Source: a virus. Taken from it: DNA of 64,000 bases. The notes below the pieces were generated by a model. That model ran no database searches. It was not told the DNA's origin and saw only the letters and a list, made by a program, of their open reading frames with translations. A program made the position numbers and the translations under genes. The first letter of the stretch is position 1; each line of letters opens with the position of its first letter. Where the stretch lies: positions 1 through 64,000 of the IMG/VR virus record IMGVR_UViG_3300032931_000905; one strand, 5' to 3'. Shown here piece by piece: positions 39,033-48,297 of the stretch.

Positions 39033-39157
39033 CGATCAGATCCTCCACATGGACCACCGAAGTCTCTTCCAGAATCATGGGTGCGATGATGTTGGTATAG
39101 AAGGCCACCATCATGGGGTCTTTAGCCTGGATCAACAGGGAATGGAAATAGGCGCGA

Positions 39158-39316
39158 TCATCCATTGGCAATGCGTTTCTGCAAACGAAGGCGTTCGCGC
39201 AGGGACTTGCCAGGTCTGGCATCAAGCCGCTGGATCTGTTGGGCCGGGGTCAACTGATTCCGTTCTGTCTGGCGGAGTTGGGCTTCTTCTCGTTTACGCT
39301 GGGTCGTTGGATTCAT
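39158..39316 (-). CDS. Small basic hypothetical protein (52 aa; not in ORF track)
   Basis: MNPTTQRKREEAQLRQ..LTPAQQIQRLDARPG; AGGAGG RBS; stop overlaps next ATG. Confidence 0.55.
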   Translation of the reverse strand: MNPTTQRKREEAQLRQTERNQLTPAQQIQRLDARPGKSLRERLRLQKRIANG

Positions 39317-39617
39317 GGGAGACCTCCTTATGTTGTTGCTCTATGGTGACCGATAATAGGGTCGCATACTTGAATGTTCTCCAGGCACCCAGGTCCAGAT
39401 CCCAGACCGTGAACAACAGAGGGTCCTTGGCAGGACCGGGATTGAAGGTTTCAATTGAACCTTCTTGGAGCGGTACCGGCACTTTGGGCCTTGACGCCTC
39501 AGGTATCATATTCCCCTGGGTCGTACAGTTCATCAGGCGTAGGACCCCGTTCTTTTTATGAAACGACACGGAGACTCGACCATGGGAGAGGTGTTCACGC
39601 AGGCTCTCAGGCGTCAT
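39294..39617 (-). CDS. SH3/WYL_2-like conserved T4-like protein
   Basis: V.VSFHKKNG.LR.M.CT..VWDLD.GAWRTFK. Confidence 0.7.
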   Translation of the reverse strand: MTPESLREHLSHGRVSVSFHKKNGVLRLMNCTTQGNMIPEASRPKVPVPLQEGSIETFNPGPAKDPLLFTVWDLDLGAWRTFKYATLLSVTIEQQHKEVSHESNDPA

Positions 39618-39633
39618 CGGGACGAAGCGTGAT

Positions 39634-39813
39634 TCATTGTGTAGATACATCTCGTTCAACATGCTCGGTGATACTCCTTTCTAGGTGATCGGTGGATTTG
39701 GGTTCGCAGATATAGAATCCCGACTCCCCAAAAGACGGGCCCACATAATGGGCTCCAGGCATTCCACAGTGACGACACATAGGAACCTTCCCATGTAACT
39801 GAAGTCTTTCCAT
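39634..39813 (-). CDS. Small zinc-binding hypothetical protein (59 aa; not in ORF track)
   Basis: CRHC..H..C; GAGGA RBS; first gene after the promoter at 39850. Confidence 0.5.
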   Translation of the reverse strand: MERLQLHGKVPMCRHCGMPGAHYVGPSFGESGFYICEPKSTDHLERSITEHVERDVSTQ

Positions 39814-39849
39814 ATTATCCTCGACTCAAGTGTTGTTCGACTCTTGAAT

Positions 39850-39878
39850 AGTATAACACACTGGGACCTAGATGTCAA
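39850..39878 (-). promoter_or_regulatory. Sigma70-type early promoter
   Basis: TTGACA-N17-TATACT with TG. Confidence 0.75.
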
Positions 39879-39908
39879 GCAGTATTTTATGTCTACCGAT
39901 TAGGTACC

Positions 39909-40004
39909 TTATGGTACCACAATCTGGTAGGTACAGATGGCAAAGATGGTGGCCACTACCAAAGCGGCCACATACCAATAAAATGCGGTATCGAGGTTGT
40001 TCAT
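39909..40004 (-). CDS. 31-aa single-TM peptide
   Basis: MNNLDTAFYWYVAALVVATIFAICTYQIVVP; starts 3 nt after the porin stop. Confidence 0.45.
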   Translation of the reverse strand: MNNLDTAFYWYVAALVVATIFAICTYQIVVP

Positions 40005-40007
40005 AGA

Positions 40008-41306
40008 TCAATAATTCCACTGTAATTGAAATCGCGCCACTTGTCCGTTGTGGATGTCATAGGGGGCATTGATGGTATCCGTCCGTTTCATCCAGGCATA
40101 GGCCACGGTCAATTCAAGCGACTTGTTAATTTGGTATTCGACGCCGAGTTCGGTTTCATTCACACTATTGAATGGTGAGTTGGGACGATTCTTCTTGCCG
40201 CCATGGTATTCTTGCCAGCGCACATACGGCATGATATTGTCATACTTATACATGGCCTGGACATATCCACCTTGGAGATAGCCTTCCTGCACGGCCTTGG
40301 TCGTCGCATTGTATTCTGGTCCTCGGCCCCAGTTCCATTCGGCTTGGAGACCAAACGGTTGAGGATACAGGACAAAGTGGGTACCAATGCGTTCATCGTT
40401 GATATTCCCACCGTCAGGAATCTTGGTCCCTGGTGTGACAGGAACATTGATCAGCCCACGGTAGGCATCGACGCCGACTTGCACGATTTGACCATACGGC
40501 AATTCAAAGGGATAGGTACTATGCAAGACCACATGCTTATTGTCGTTGGCTTCTGAGACATTCAAGGATTGACCGTTGTAGACTCCGATACCGAAGATGC
40601 CATAGTCGCCGGACCCTTTGAGGCCACTGTCGACCAGGTACTTGAAGACTTTTCTTTTCTCAACAGGGGTGTAATAGAAGAACAGACCTGTATCTCGCTC
40701 ATTGGGTACGCCGGAATTCAACGCATCACTTCGATCAAAGGCGACTCGGTTCTGGCTGGATTGTAGCACATCAAAACTATAGGGGACTTTTGTAATACCT
40801 GCTCGGATACGATATTCCTTGTCCTGTGTCAACCAGAAATCGACATAGGCATCTCGGATTTGAGCAAAGTTCTGATTATTCACGGTACCGGTCGTACCAG
40901 GAGGCGCGGCCGCGAGGTCTATTTGGGTATACATAGACACCCGCTCATGAACGTCACCTGAGACGATCAGGCGGGCCCGGCGGATCAGAAAGCCTTTGTT
41001 GTCCCCGATAGAACTATCATATTCATCGTTGAGTTTTTTATCGTCTAATGTGGCATTGTAGCGGAACTGGGTATAACCACGGAGGCTGATTTTGTCATAC
41101 CATTTGGGATTGGCGGCCTTTTCGCTTTTAATCAGGCCTTCTTGTCTCTCTTGATCGGATTTAGATTTGAGCCATTCTTCTTTGGTGATCGTCCCTTTAT
41201 CATAGAGAATATCATCCAGCCCTGCATGGGCCATGGTGCACAGACTCAGCCCGAGGACCATGCTGATCGCGGTTAAAGTGCCTACAATTAACGAAGTCTT
41301 CAGCAT
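40008..41306 (-). CDS. Phosphate-selective porin, OprO/OprP family
   Basis: Signal peptide (..AHA), LRGYTQFRY, F.IRRARL..SGD, RDAY.D, K.PY.F..LQSS.NR...DRS, C-terminal RFQLQWNY. Confidence 0.85.
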   Translation of the reverse strand: MLKTSLIVGTLTAISMVLGLSLCTMAHAGLDDILYDKGTITKEEWLKSKSDQERQEGLIKSEKAANPKWYDKISLRGYTQFRYNATLDDKKLNDEYDSSIGDNKGFLIRRARLIVSGDVHERVSMYTQIDLAAAPPGTTGTVNNQNFAQIRDAYVDFWLTQDKEYRIRAGITKVPYSFDVLQSSQNRVAFDRSDALNSGVPNERDTGLFFYYTPVEKRKVFKYLVDSGLKGSGDYGIFGIGVYNGQSLNVSEANDNKHVVLHSTYPFELPYGQIVQVGVDAYRGLINVPVTPGTKIPDGGNINDERIGTHFVLYPQPFGLQAEWNWGRGPEYNATTKAVQEGYLQGGYVQAMYKYDNIMPYVRWQEYHGGKKNRPNSPFNSVNETELGVEYQINKSLELTVAYAWMKRTDTINAPYDIHNGQVARFQLQWNY

Positions 41307-41381
41307 CCGTCCCCCTGTGAATAAGATGTTGTTTCGACATCTATTTAAGGGCGACAGCGTAAAAACTGAGTAAACGAAGTG

Positions 41382-41672
41382 TTATTTCTGTGTTACATTA
41401 TTGGTGTCAAAAATCACTTGTTCTACCTTGGATCGGATCACCGTGAATCCCAGGCCCTGGAAATACTCTGCCATCATGCAGGTCAGGGCAATGGCCGTGT
41501 CTTTATGATGATAGAGTTGTGTGGCATAACAACGGGTTCCGATACCAAGGTCTGGGTCCCCATCGATTTTAGAATAGCGCCATTTGGCACTGGTCACGCA
41601 TCCTTCTATAAAATCCATATCACGATTCAGAGGTTCTATGGTAATATGGCACTCATAATCCAGTTCAGTCAC
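41382..41672 (-). CDS. Hypothetical protein
   Basis: YECHITI..SKIDGDP.LG..Y.T..R.K.E..IFD; GGAA/GGGA-type RBS. Confidence 0.55.
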   Translation of the reverse strand: MTELDYECHITIEPLNRDMDFIEGCVTSAKWRYSKIDGDPDLGIGTRCYATQLYHHKDTAIALTCMMAEYFQGLGFTVIRSKVEQVIFDTNNVTQK

Positions 41673-41756
41673 GATCTTTTCCCTTCCAGATCATATAACA
41701 GGTGGCACCCATCCAGAGAATCACAATGAGCAAGGCAATCATGGCTGGGCGATCCA

Positions 41757-42215
41757 TCAGCGTGGCTCCGGTAATTGAAGGGAGGGATCTTTGCCGGTAT
41801 AGGTCAGGATCTTTCCTTCTTCGGTGGTATAGACAAACCCAGTGGTCCCCATATACAATTTCATGTACAATTTCATGAGCATCAGGACGGTGGAGGCCAT
41901 ATAGCCTGCGGCATAATCAGAGGCTTTAATCATGACACCGGAGAACCCTGAGCGAGCCACACCTTCAGCATAGACAAACGCATCCATGAAAGTGGACACG
42001 AATGGTGCATCAATATGGGGGATTTTGTTCTTGACCGACGTTAAAAGTACGTGATACCGTTCACGCCCTTCGGGAACATCATCGGGCGTCACGATCACAC
42101 CATAGTCTTTGGAGAGATCATCCAGATACAGGAAGATCATCTTCTTGTTGATCGTATCATACCGAAAGGTAAAGCCATCATAGTTCGCGGGCTTCACGGT
42201 GAGGATATCAGTCAT
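41757..42215 (-). CDS. Hypothetical protein
   Basis: 152-aa ORF in operon orientation. Confidence 0.5.
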   Translation of the reverse strand: MTDILTVKPANYDGFTFRYDTINKKMIFLYLDDLSKDYGVIVTPDDVPEGRERYHVLLTSVKNKIPHIDAPFVSTFMDAFVYAEGVARSGFSGVMIKASDYAAGYMASTVLMLMKLYMKLYMGTTGFVYTTEEGKILTYTGKDPSLQLPEPR

Positions 42216-42408
42216 GGAGTAACCTATAGATGGCTTTGAAGGGCCATGAAATAAAGTACCAGAGCCCCAGGAACAGAAAGACCCCCGAGGCCAGAGTCAG
42301 GAGGATGCACACGATCACCATGGCCAACAGAATAGGGGCCAGGAATATCACAGGGATCGCGGCGACCAGTATGGCTAGGGCGAGTAGAAGAATTGATAAC
42401 GGTTCCAT
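42208..42408 (-). CDS. Small membrane protein
   Basis: Long hydrophobic stretch; AGGAG RBS before MEPLS. Confidence 0.55.
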   Translation of the reverse strand: MEPLSILLLALAILVAAIPVIFLAPILLAMVIVCILLTLASGVFLFLGLWYFISWPFKAIYRLLHD

Positions 42409-42443
42409 AACATCTCCTTGGGGGTTGAACGACATCTAGATAG

Positions 42444-42472
42444 AGTATAGCATGATAGGGCGGGTTTGTCAA
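42444..42472 (-). promoter_or_regulatory. Sigma70-type early promoter
   Basis: TTGACA-N17-TATACT with TG. Confidence 0.75.
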
Positions 42473-42477
42473 GAGGA

Positions 42478-42508
42478 AAACAAAGGGGCAGAGTTGATCC
42501 CTGCCCCT
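42478..42508 (-). terminator. Rho-independent terminator after gp33
   Basis: AGGGGCAG..CTGCCCCT stem followed by TTGTTTT on the minus strand. Confidence 0.7.
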
Positions 42509-42560
42509 CTGAACATAGAAACCTCCTGGGTTGATGACATGAAACGGGAATTGAGACTAT

Positions 42561-42788
42561 TTATATTGGTAATTTCGGAAAATGCTTGGATTTCATCAGA
42601 TTCATATCCTCAGCATTGGCCGCCAATTTCTCCTTGAGACTCACACTGACCAAACGGGCGGCCACCTCGATCTCCAAGCCTGTTTGCTCACAGAGATAGA
42701 GGATCGCCTCCAAATGCGTCATCCCATGATCGACGACCGTTTGTTCGACCTTGATAGAAAAATCGAATATCTCTTTGTTGGTAGGCAT
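42561..42788 (-). CDS. gp33: Late transcription coactivator gp33
   Basis: FS..VE..V....M..LEAI...CE...LEIE..A.L.S.SLKEKL...AE..NL.K....LPI. Confidence 0.9.
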   Translation of the reverse strand: MPTNKEIFDFSIKVEQTVVDHGMTHLEAILYLCEQTGLEIEVAARLVSVSLKEKLAANAEDMNLMKSKHFPKLPI

Positions 42789-43078
42789 TATGCTTTCGTT
42801 GATCCTGTGGTGACCTTGATATACAAACGCTCAAACAGTTCATGATCGGCCACTTCCGCCTCAAAATCCTGCTTGAAGAAGGTTTTGACCAGCTTCGTGA
42901 AGATTTTCTTGGGGATTTCCGTTTCTGCCACGATCTTCTTGACCGTTTCTGTGACATATTCCCGTTCACCGCGAGCCCGCGTCATGGCGCCTGCACATTC
43001 CTTGACGCCGTGATAAATCTTGGCGCGTTTCTCGTCGGAGAGATTGTTGATACTAAAATCGCCCTTGGGGGTCTTCAT
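42788..43078 (-). CDS. dsbA: Double-stranded DNA-binding protein, T4 DsbA-like
   Basis: KI..GVKE...MTR...ER....E..K...E..IPKK.F.KLVK..FKQDF..E...E.FE.LY; adjacent to gp33; start re-called. Confidence 0.7.
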   Translation of the reverse strand: MKTPKGDFSINNLSDEKRAKIYHGVKECAGAMTRARGEREYVTETVKKIVAETEIPKKIFTKLVKTFFKQDFEAEVADHELFERLYIKVTTGSTKA

Positions 43079-43623
43079 AATGACGGCTCCTTGTAAAAGA
43101 GATGATGATCTATCGCAGTCACAAACACCTTTTGTTTGGACCACTGAGGATGCACATACACGGCATGAAAGTAGGTTGCATTCCCTATTCTGAGTAGTAT
43201 AGCACGACTGAAGGTGTTTGTCAAGACTCTTTTTGCAAGATCGTGTGATTCATGCCAGATCTTAAAATTGACCTTTCGGGATGGCTCACAATGAAACGAA
43301 AACTGGCAGATGCGTTTCTCATTGACCACAAAGGATTGCGCGATCACACCACAGACGGTATTGGGGTATCGCCGACTGACGACCCGATTCACGATCACCA
43401 GCGCCACGGCCTCTTTTCCGGCTACGCTTTCGTGTCCGGCTTCATAATAAATGGCGCGGGTCAGACAGTCGAGATCGTGTGTTTTGGTGGTCTGGGAGAC
43501 AAAGACTGGATGGGGTTCAAATGGTGGCGGAGCGATGGCCTGATGGGTCTCCCCATAGAGGAGACTGACAGAACCCACGAACAGCGTGATGCCTAACAGG
43601 ATTTTACGAAGAGAGTGCCCCAT
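43075..43623 (-). CDS. Cell wall hydrolase, SleB/Hydrolase_2 family
   Basis: CL..AIYYEA..E..GK.AVA.V..NRV....YPNTVCGV..Q..CQFS..C; ATYFHA.YV.P.W; I..H.FY; N-terminal signal/TM. Confidence 0.9.
   Translation of the reverse strand: MGHSLRKILLGITLFVGSVSLLYGETHQAIAPPPFEPHPVFVSQTTKTHDLDCLTRAIYYEAGHESVAGKEAVALVIVNRVVSRRYPNTVCGVIAQSFVVNEKRICQFSFHCEPSRKVNFKIWHESHDLAKRVLTNTFSRAILLRIGNATYFHAVYVHPQWSKQKVFVTAIDHHLFYKEPSL
43196..43224 (-). promoter_or_regulatory. Sigma70-type promoter embedded in the SleB gene, upstream of dsbA-gp33
   Basis: TTGACA-N17-TATACT with TG. Confidence 0.65.
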
Positions 43624-44287
43624 AGGTGGTGAGTACCTCATATAATTCGTCAAGATGCGGTCGAGTCTTTTCGCAAATGATAGTCGGCTGGGTCTGACCT
43701 TCGACGGCAATGAGGATCGCCACGTGAGGCACCCGGAGACCTGTGCGCTCATGGATCATCAACGCATAGGCCGCGCATTGTAACACATAATGCTGGCACC
43801 AGTCACGGCGTTTCGGTTTACCAGAGGTCTTATAATCTACGACCGTCATGATACCATCAATCGTCACAATCAGATCACAGGTACCAGCAAGCTTGAGGGT
43901 ATCGGAATAGAGGGGTACTTCGGTACCATGAACGGTCTGGACATGCTGATCGAGCCAGGGACGAAGTTGTTGGAATAACTGATTGGTGCGGTCGCCTAAC
44001 TCTTCATCAGGCTTGAGATCGTTATTCAGATAGGATTCACAGACTTTATGGAGGGTGGTCCCGCGGCCTGCCGCATCAGTAGAGACCCGGTTGGCTTCCA
44101 CGGTACCGACTCGTTTTCTCCAGGCGATGATCGCCCCTTGGTTGATCTTGCCCATGACACTTGAGACGGACGGATAGCGAGCACCAGACGGGGTCAAGTA
44201 GGTGCGCCCCTGCCCTGAGTTTTCTTGGATCAAGTCATAGGATAATCCACCCAGAGGCGCGTGTTGGAAATACTTCAAAATGGACAC
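43604..44287 (-). CDS. PD-(D/E)XK exonuclease
   Basis: GRTY.TP.G..YPSV, WRKRVG..EANR, RGT.LH..CE.YL, AGTCD...DYKTS, Q..AYA.M. Confidence 0.88.
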   Translation of the reverse strand: MSILKYFQHAPLGGLSYDLIQENSGQGRTYLTPSGARYPSVSSVMGKINQGAIIAWRKRVGTVEANRVSTDAAGRGTTLHKVCESYLNNDLKPDEELGDRTNQLFQQLRPWLDQHVQTVHGTEVPLYSDTLKLAGTCDLIVTIDGIMTVVDYKTSGKPKRRDWCQHYVLQCAAYALMIHERTGLRVPHVAILIAVEGQTQPTIICEKTRPHLDELYEVLTTYGALSS

Positions 44288-44988
44288 CGTTCCCGATAGG
44301 CATTTTCGGCAATCAGAAAATCTTTGACCAGATCATCACGTACAATGTCCTGAGTCCCGAATTCAATACAGCAAAATTTTCCCATATCCCGAAGAATTTC
44401 CATAAAATGTCCGAGTCCTGTGCGTTCATCATGGCGCTGAAGATCCGATTGGCGATAATCACCACAGAAAATCAGCCGGCAGTTCTTGCCTATGCGGGTA
44501 ATAATCGTATGCAATTCATGATAGGACATATTCTGCATTTCATCGACCACAATCACCGCATCAGAGAAGGTCACCCCGCGAAGGTACGAGGTGGTCGTAA
44601 ACTTCAAACTTCCTCGACCTTTGAGGTGTTCATAGGCATCAGCGCGTTCCAGGAGATCATTACAAATATCCCGATAGGGGTCTTCATAGACTGCAATCTT
44701 TTCTTTCAAGGTGCCTGGCATGAACCCAATTTCGCGTGAGGGTACAACCGAGCGCACAATAATCACTTTATCGTAGAGCGGAATCACCTGGCTTGGCGTC
44801 GGGAGCGTCATCATCAAGGCCAGATTCAAGGAAATAAAGGTCTTGCCTGTGCCTGCCACACCATGGAGTAAGAGATGATCGCCTCTGTGAAAGGCCTTGA
44901 AGGTGTCGGATTGATTGATCGTGAGGGGCTTGACTCGTCGGAGGATGAGGGGTGACGCTACGATATCGAGGGTTTTGCGTTTGGCCAT
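44275..44988 (-). CDS. phoH: PhoH-family ATPase
   Basis: HGVAGTGKTF Walker A, R..GFMPG...EK, RGVTF, VDEMQN, TRIG, GD..QSDL, DIVR. Confidence 0.95.
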   Translation of the reverse strand: MAKRKTLDIVASPLILRRVKPLTINQSDTFKAFHRGDHLLLHGVAGTGKTFISLNLALMMTLPTPSQVIPLYDKVIIVRSVVPSREIGFMPGTLKEKIAVYEDPYRDICNDLLERADAYEHLKGRGSLKFTTTSYLRGVTFSDAVIVVDEMQNMSYHELHTIITRIGKNCRLIFCGDYRQSDLQRHDERTGLGHFMEILRDMGKFCCIEFGTQDIVRDDLVKDFLIAENAYRERCPF

Positions 44989-45036
44989 GCGCGTTCCACC
45001 TTTCGATGTTAGAAATAAAATGCCTCACGGATTTCA

Positions 45037-45333
45037 TTATATTTCTCGGCGACCTTTGTATGAGCGGGATTCGATGTTCCCAACTTTGGTATGACCATCG
45101 TGGGAGGTGGCTTTCTTCCAAAAGCGTTTCATGGGTTCAAGGATGCCATGACGAAAATCATCAGGAACCTTCTGCACACCCAGATGGAAGGGATCACCAA
45201 TTCTGGTTGCGGCAAGGAAGACCACGCTGTATTGGGGATTGGCGGATTGCCACTCCGTTTGCGCCTGAATACTGGCAAAGGTGTATTCAACAATCTCGCG
45301 GGTCTCGGTATGCTGGAAGGAGTTTGTGACCAT
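45037..45333 (-). CDS. FmdB-like regulatory protein (cysteine-less)
   Basis: F..T.T.E..E....NP......IGDP..LG..K..D.F...L; usual position upstream of phoH. Confidence 0.55.
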   Translation of the reverse strand: MVTNSFQHTETREIVEYTFASIQAQTEWQSANPQYSVVFLAATRIGDPFHLGVQKVPDDFRHGILEPMKRFWKKATSHDGHTKVGNIESRSYKGRREI

Positions 45334-45394
45334 ACAGTGTATTTAGCCCTATTGACGGATACGGATGGCCGTATCCGTCTTGGTATGTTTGTGA

Positions 45395-45760
45395 TTAGAC
45401 TGCGGCGAGTTCGGCTTCTGTCACCAGCGGTGCCGCAACGACCGGCGTGACGGCCGCGGTCAGCCCCGTCACATCAGGCACAATGGCGCCCGCGTTTCGA
45501 CGATCCTGTAGATAGGACAACATCGTTTCACGATTCATCAGGGTATAGGACACATTCTGTTTGGCGCCAGTCCTGACAATGAGGGCACCGCGCTTTTTGA
45601 GTTCCCACATATAGGTCGGAATGCGCCCAGGGACGAGAATCCCTTGCAGCGTAATCAACAATTCGGCATGGGTCACCACACGCGGTGCCGGGCTACCAGA
45701 CATGAGGACCACCAAAATTTGTTCTGCCACCGACAACTTCTTATGCAATGTACCGGACAT
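45395..45760 (-). CDS. Early hypothetical protein, possible winged HTH
   Basis: GGAGG RBS, first gene after promoter; PTYMWELKKRG..V..Y.L.N. Confidence 0.55.
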   Translation of the reverse strand: MSGTLHKKLSVAEQILVVLMSGSPAPRVVTHAELLITLQGILVPGRIPTYMWELKKRGALIVRTGAKQNVSYTLMNRETMLSYLQDRRNAGAIVPDVTGLTAAVTPVVAAPLVTEAELAAV

Positions 45761-45815
45761 AATCCCACAACCTCCATTAAATGAATAACACAGATAAAAC
45801 GACTACCATAAGTTA

Positions 45816-45844
45816 AGTATAGCACATTCCTGCCGACTTGTCAA
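45816..45844 (-). promoter_or_regulatory. Sigma70-type early promoter
   Basis: TTGACA-N17-TATACT with TG. Confidence 0.75.
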
Positions 45845-46027
45845 GTCTTTTTTACGGTTACGGTATCACGATCCTCGTCCATGAGGCGGACCAGTTCCTT
45901 GGGTGTCATGGCATACCGAATACCATGACTCGCCGAACGGATCACACCACTATACATCAGCATTCGAATGGCCTGGCGCCGTCGCTTTCGACGGTCCAAC
46001 GCATTTTTAATGTAGTGTATCACGCGA

Positions 46028-46306
46028 TCACTTTGCTTTCTTTGTGGCCTTGATCTTGGCCGTTTTCTTTGGTGGCCCGTTTGTAATCCAGGTCTTGATC
46101 GACTTCCTGGCACTGAGGTTTCCCGGCTTCCAGGGTAACCCTTTCGAGGACATGGAAGGCTGGGCCGAGGGCGGCGCAAACGAGTAGGCATCATGGGGCT
46201 TAATCTGTTTGATTTTGCCTCCGTTGAGGACCCATTCGTCTACCAGCGCCTTCAGTTCTTCGCGGGTTATTTCTTTGTTGGCTAACAGTTCATCACGTAC
46301 TTGCAT
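46028..46306 (-). CDS. Hypothetical protein
   Basis: AGGAG RBS; L...V.E....GGKI motif, basic tail. Confidence 0.55.
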   Translation of the reverse strand: MQVRDELLANKEITREELKALVDEWVLNGGKIKQIKPHDAYSFAPPSAQPSMSSKGLPWKPGNLSARKSIKTWITNGPPKKTAKIKATKKAK

Positions 46307-46338
46307 TATCTCGTTCTCCTTGAGTAATATGATTGATC

Positions 46339-46743
46339 CTACTGAGTCTTCTTCTTTGTGACGGCTTTCTTGGGTGCTGTGCGCTTCATTGCCTTGGCAT
46401 GTTGCAGACCTGTCAGGGCTTCTGCTTCATCGGCTCGTGCGGCCTCCAGTCGGGCATCAGATAGGGCCGAGTCCAGTGCTATCTGCACCAAGGCACGGTG
46501 GTTCTTTTCTGACTGCCAAAGATGTTCCGCCTGGGCCAACTCGGACCGTAGATCCTCAATCACCCTTTCGCGGCTGTCGATCCATGTACTGAGGCTCTCG
46601 ACCTGGTGCGTGAGATAACCGATCTCTGTGAAGGGCCAGAATCTCCGGTACCATTCCGTGGTAAACGCGAGGCGGGCCACCATGGCGAGTACCATACACC
46701 CGATCAAGGCCAGACCGATGACAAATTCCATTCCGATTTCCAT
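46339..46743 (-). CDS. Membrane-anchored coiled-coil protein
   Basis: N-terminal TM then heptads; start re-called at MEIGMEF with AGGA RBS. Confidence 0.5.
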   Translation of the reverse strand: MEIGMEFVIGLALIGCMVLAMVARLAFTTEWYRRFWPFTEIGYLTHQVESLSTWIDSRERVIEDLRSELAQAEHLWQSEKNHRALVQIALDSALSDARLEAARADEAEALTGLQHAKAMKRTAPKKAVTKKKTQ

Positions 46744-46885
46744 TATGTTTTTCCTTCCATCGTACACATGACCAAGGCGGAGACACCATAGCACAACCAG
46801 ACCACCGCCCACTTCACATGACCTTGATACAGGGAGAACCCTGCGGCGGCGACATACAAGATCCCGTTGATAATCACAAAATAAT

Positions 46886-47230
46886 TCATGCGCCGTCTTC
46901 CTGGGCTTCATCCTCAAACAAGTCATCTTGAGGAAGTAGAGACTCCTCTGGGTCCCAATCATCACGGTTTGTGGTATCTTCCGATTGTTTTGGATCATTC
47001 ATCCAGCGTAAGAATTCCTGGTATTTGTCGTGCGACAACCACAAGGCCGTCATATGCGATTCCAAGAATCCCACGGTCAGGTCTCGTTCCTCTGTGGTGG
47101 CGTCCGCCTTTCGCAGGCGCTCCAAGCACTTGAGAATTTCTAAGGTATGTTCGTGCATCCACCAGAGACTATCAGCAGGAGGCGTGGGTCTCGGTACTCT
47201 CGGATCTATCGGTTCATCCAGTAAATTCAT
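46886..47230 (-). CDS. Hypothetical acidic protein
   Basis: AGGA RBS; 114 aa. Confidence 0.5.
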   Translation of the reverse strand: MNLLDEPIDPRVPRPTPPADSLWWMHEHTLEILKCLERLRKADATTEERDLTVGFLESHMTALWLSHDKYQEFLRWMNDPKQSEDTTNRDDWDPEESLLPQDDLFEDEAQEDGA

Positions 47231-47422
47231 TCTTGGCTTCCTTTCGGCTTTTCGTCGCCCTCAAAGGCCTGTGGTTCGCTCATCTTCTACTCCGTTATGG
47301 ATTCAGTATCCTTGTGAGGTCTGCGGCCAAGGCCTTGAAGGCCCGTATGATAGCCGATTCCGCACAGGCCCATTCATAATACAACACCACACACAACAAA
47401 ATCCATCCTAGCCAGGCAAACA

Positions 47423-47884
47423 TTAGAACACCCAACCCGTCTGAATCGTGACCATGTTCATGCCGATATTCGGACCATCAGCGGTATTCAGACCCAGGGC
47501 TTTTCCATTCGACATATGCCACAACTCTACACCCAAGCGAAAATCTTTGTATCCTACGCTCACTTGCCCGCCCAGACCAAACTGGGTCCGCTGGGGCAAT
47601 TCGATCTGTGAATGATCGACATACGAGACACCGAATCTCGGCGTCAAGGTCACACTATAATCTGGCTTCGGCTCAAACTTGAAGCCGTATTGTAACTCGG
47701 TGCCATAGAAACCGTTTGTGGTCGCTTTGGCATTGATTCCCCAACCCTTGTCACAAGTCTGCACTGAGACAATCGCGGCATTTCCCGCGGTATTCTGGTG
47801 CTTGGATTGTTTGAAATCTGTGGAGGCCATGTATCCTGCCATCAGGACGGGGGCTAAACATAATGTGGCCACTTCTCTAATCAC
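47423..47884 (-). CDS. PagL-like lipid A 3-O-deacylase (small outer-membrane beta-barrel)
   Basis: Alternating beta-strands, WHMSNG (HxSN catalytic motif), PNIGMN, terminal Phe; GTG start after AGGAG. Confidence 0.7.
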   Translation of the reverse strand: MIREVATLCLAPVLMAGYMASTDFKQSKHQNTAGNAAIVSVQTCDKGWGINAKATTNGFYGTELQYGFKFEPKPDYSVTLTPRFGVSYVDHSQIELPQRTQFGLGGQVSVGYKDFRLGVELWHMSNGKALGLNTADGPNIGMNMVTIQTGWVF

Positions 47885-47924
47885 TCTGAGTCTCCTTGTT
47901 ATTCTCGTCAATCTCTATAGTGTT

Positions 47925-47953
47925 ATAGTAACACAGGGGCACAGAGAATGCAA
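47925..47953 (-). promoter_or_regulatory. Sigma70-type promoter for the PagL-like gene
   Basis: TTGCAT-N17-TACTAT with TG. Confidence 0.55.
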
Positions 47954-48001
47954 GCAAAAAGTGAGAGATTAGAGGATTATAATGTTCCAGAAGTGCAATA
48001 A

Positions 48002-48030
48002 AATCAACTACTTATTATAAGTCATTGATA
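48002..48030. promoter_or_regulatory. Inverted pair of IHF-consensus sites
   Basis: AATCAACTACTTA (+) and TATCAATGACTTA (-) both match WATCAANNNNTTR. Confidence 0.5.
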
Positions 48031-48296
48031 TCATTGATATGTTCGTGATTCGTGGGAATAGGTTCTATCAGAAGAAAGGAATACGCCGTATATCCCTCAT
48101 TTTTCATCTTTCCGGTACAGGATAGACTGGCTAGCCGACAAAAACGCTCTAGATCGCCCTCAAACGAGAGATCATCACAGAAGGCGATCAATTCATCACC
48201 TGGCGAGAGTTCGTTGATCCTGAGCCGAATGTGGAGGATTGGGAAGGGACAAACCATGCCCCGGCAATCTACAATAGGGATACCGGAATGTTCCAT
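48015..48296 (-). CDS. tusA: Sulfur carrier TusA/SirA family
   Basis: VDCRGMVCPFPIL (CPxP), L..GDEL....DD......D..RFC. Confidence 0.88.
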   Translation of the reverse strand: MEHSGIPIVDCRGMVCPFPILHIRLRINELSPGDELIAFCDDLSFEGDLERFCRLASLSCTGKMKNEGYTAYSFLLIEPIPTNHEHINDINDL

Positions 48297-48297
48297 C

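Noticed and set aside
43604-44287. Cas4 or CRISPR system
   Set aside because: No Fe-S cysteine cluster, no cas neighbours and no repeat-spacer array seen; this is the usual phoH-linked exonuclease
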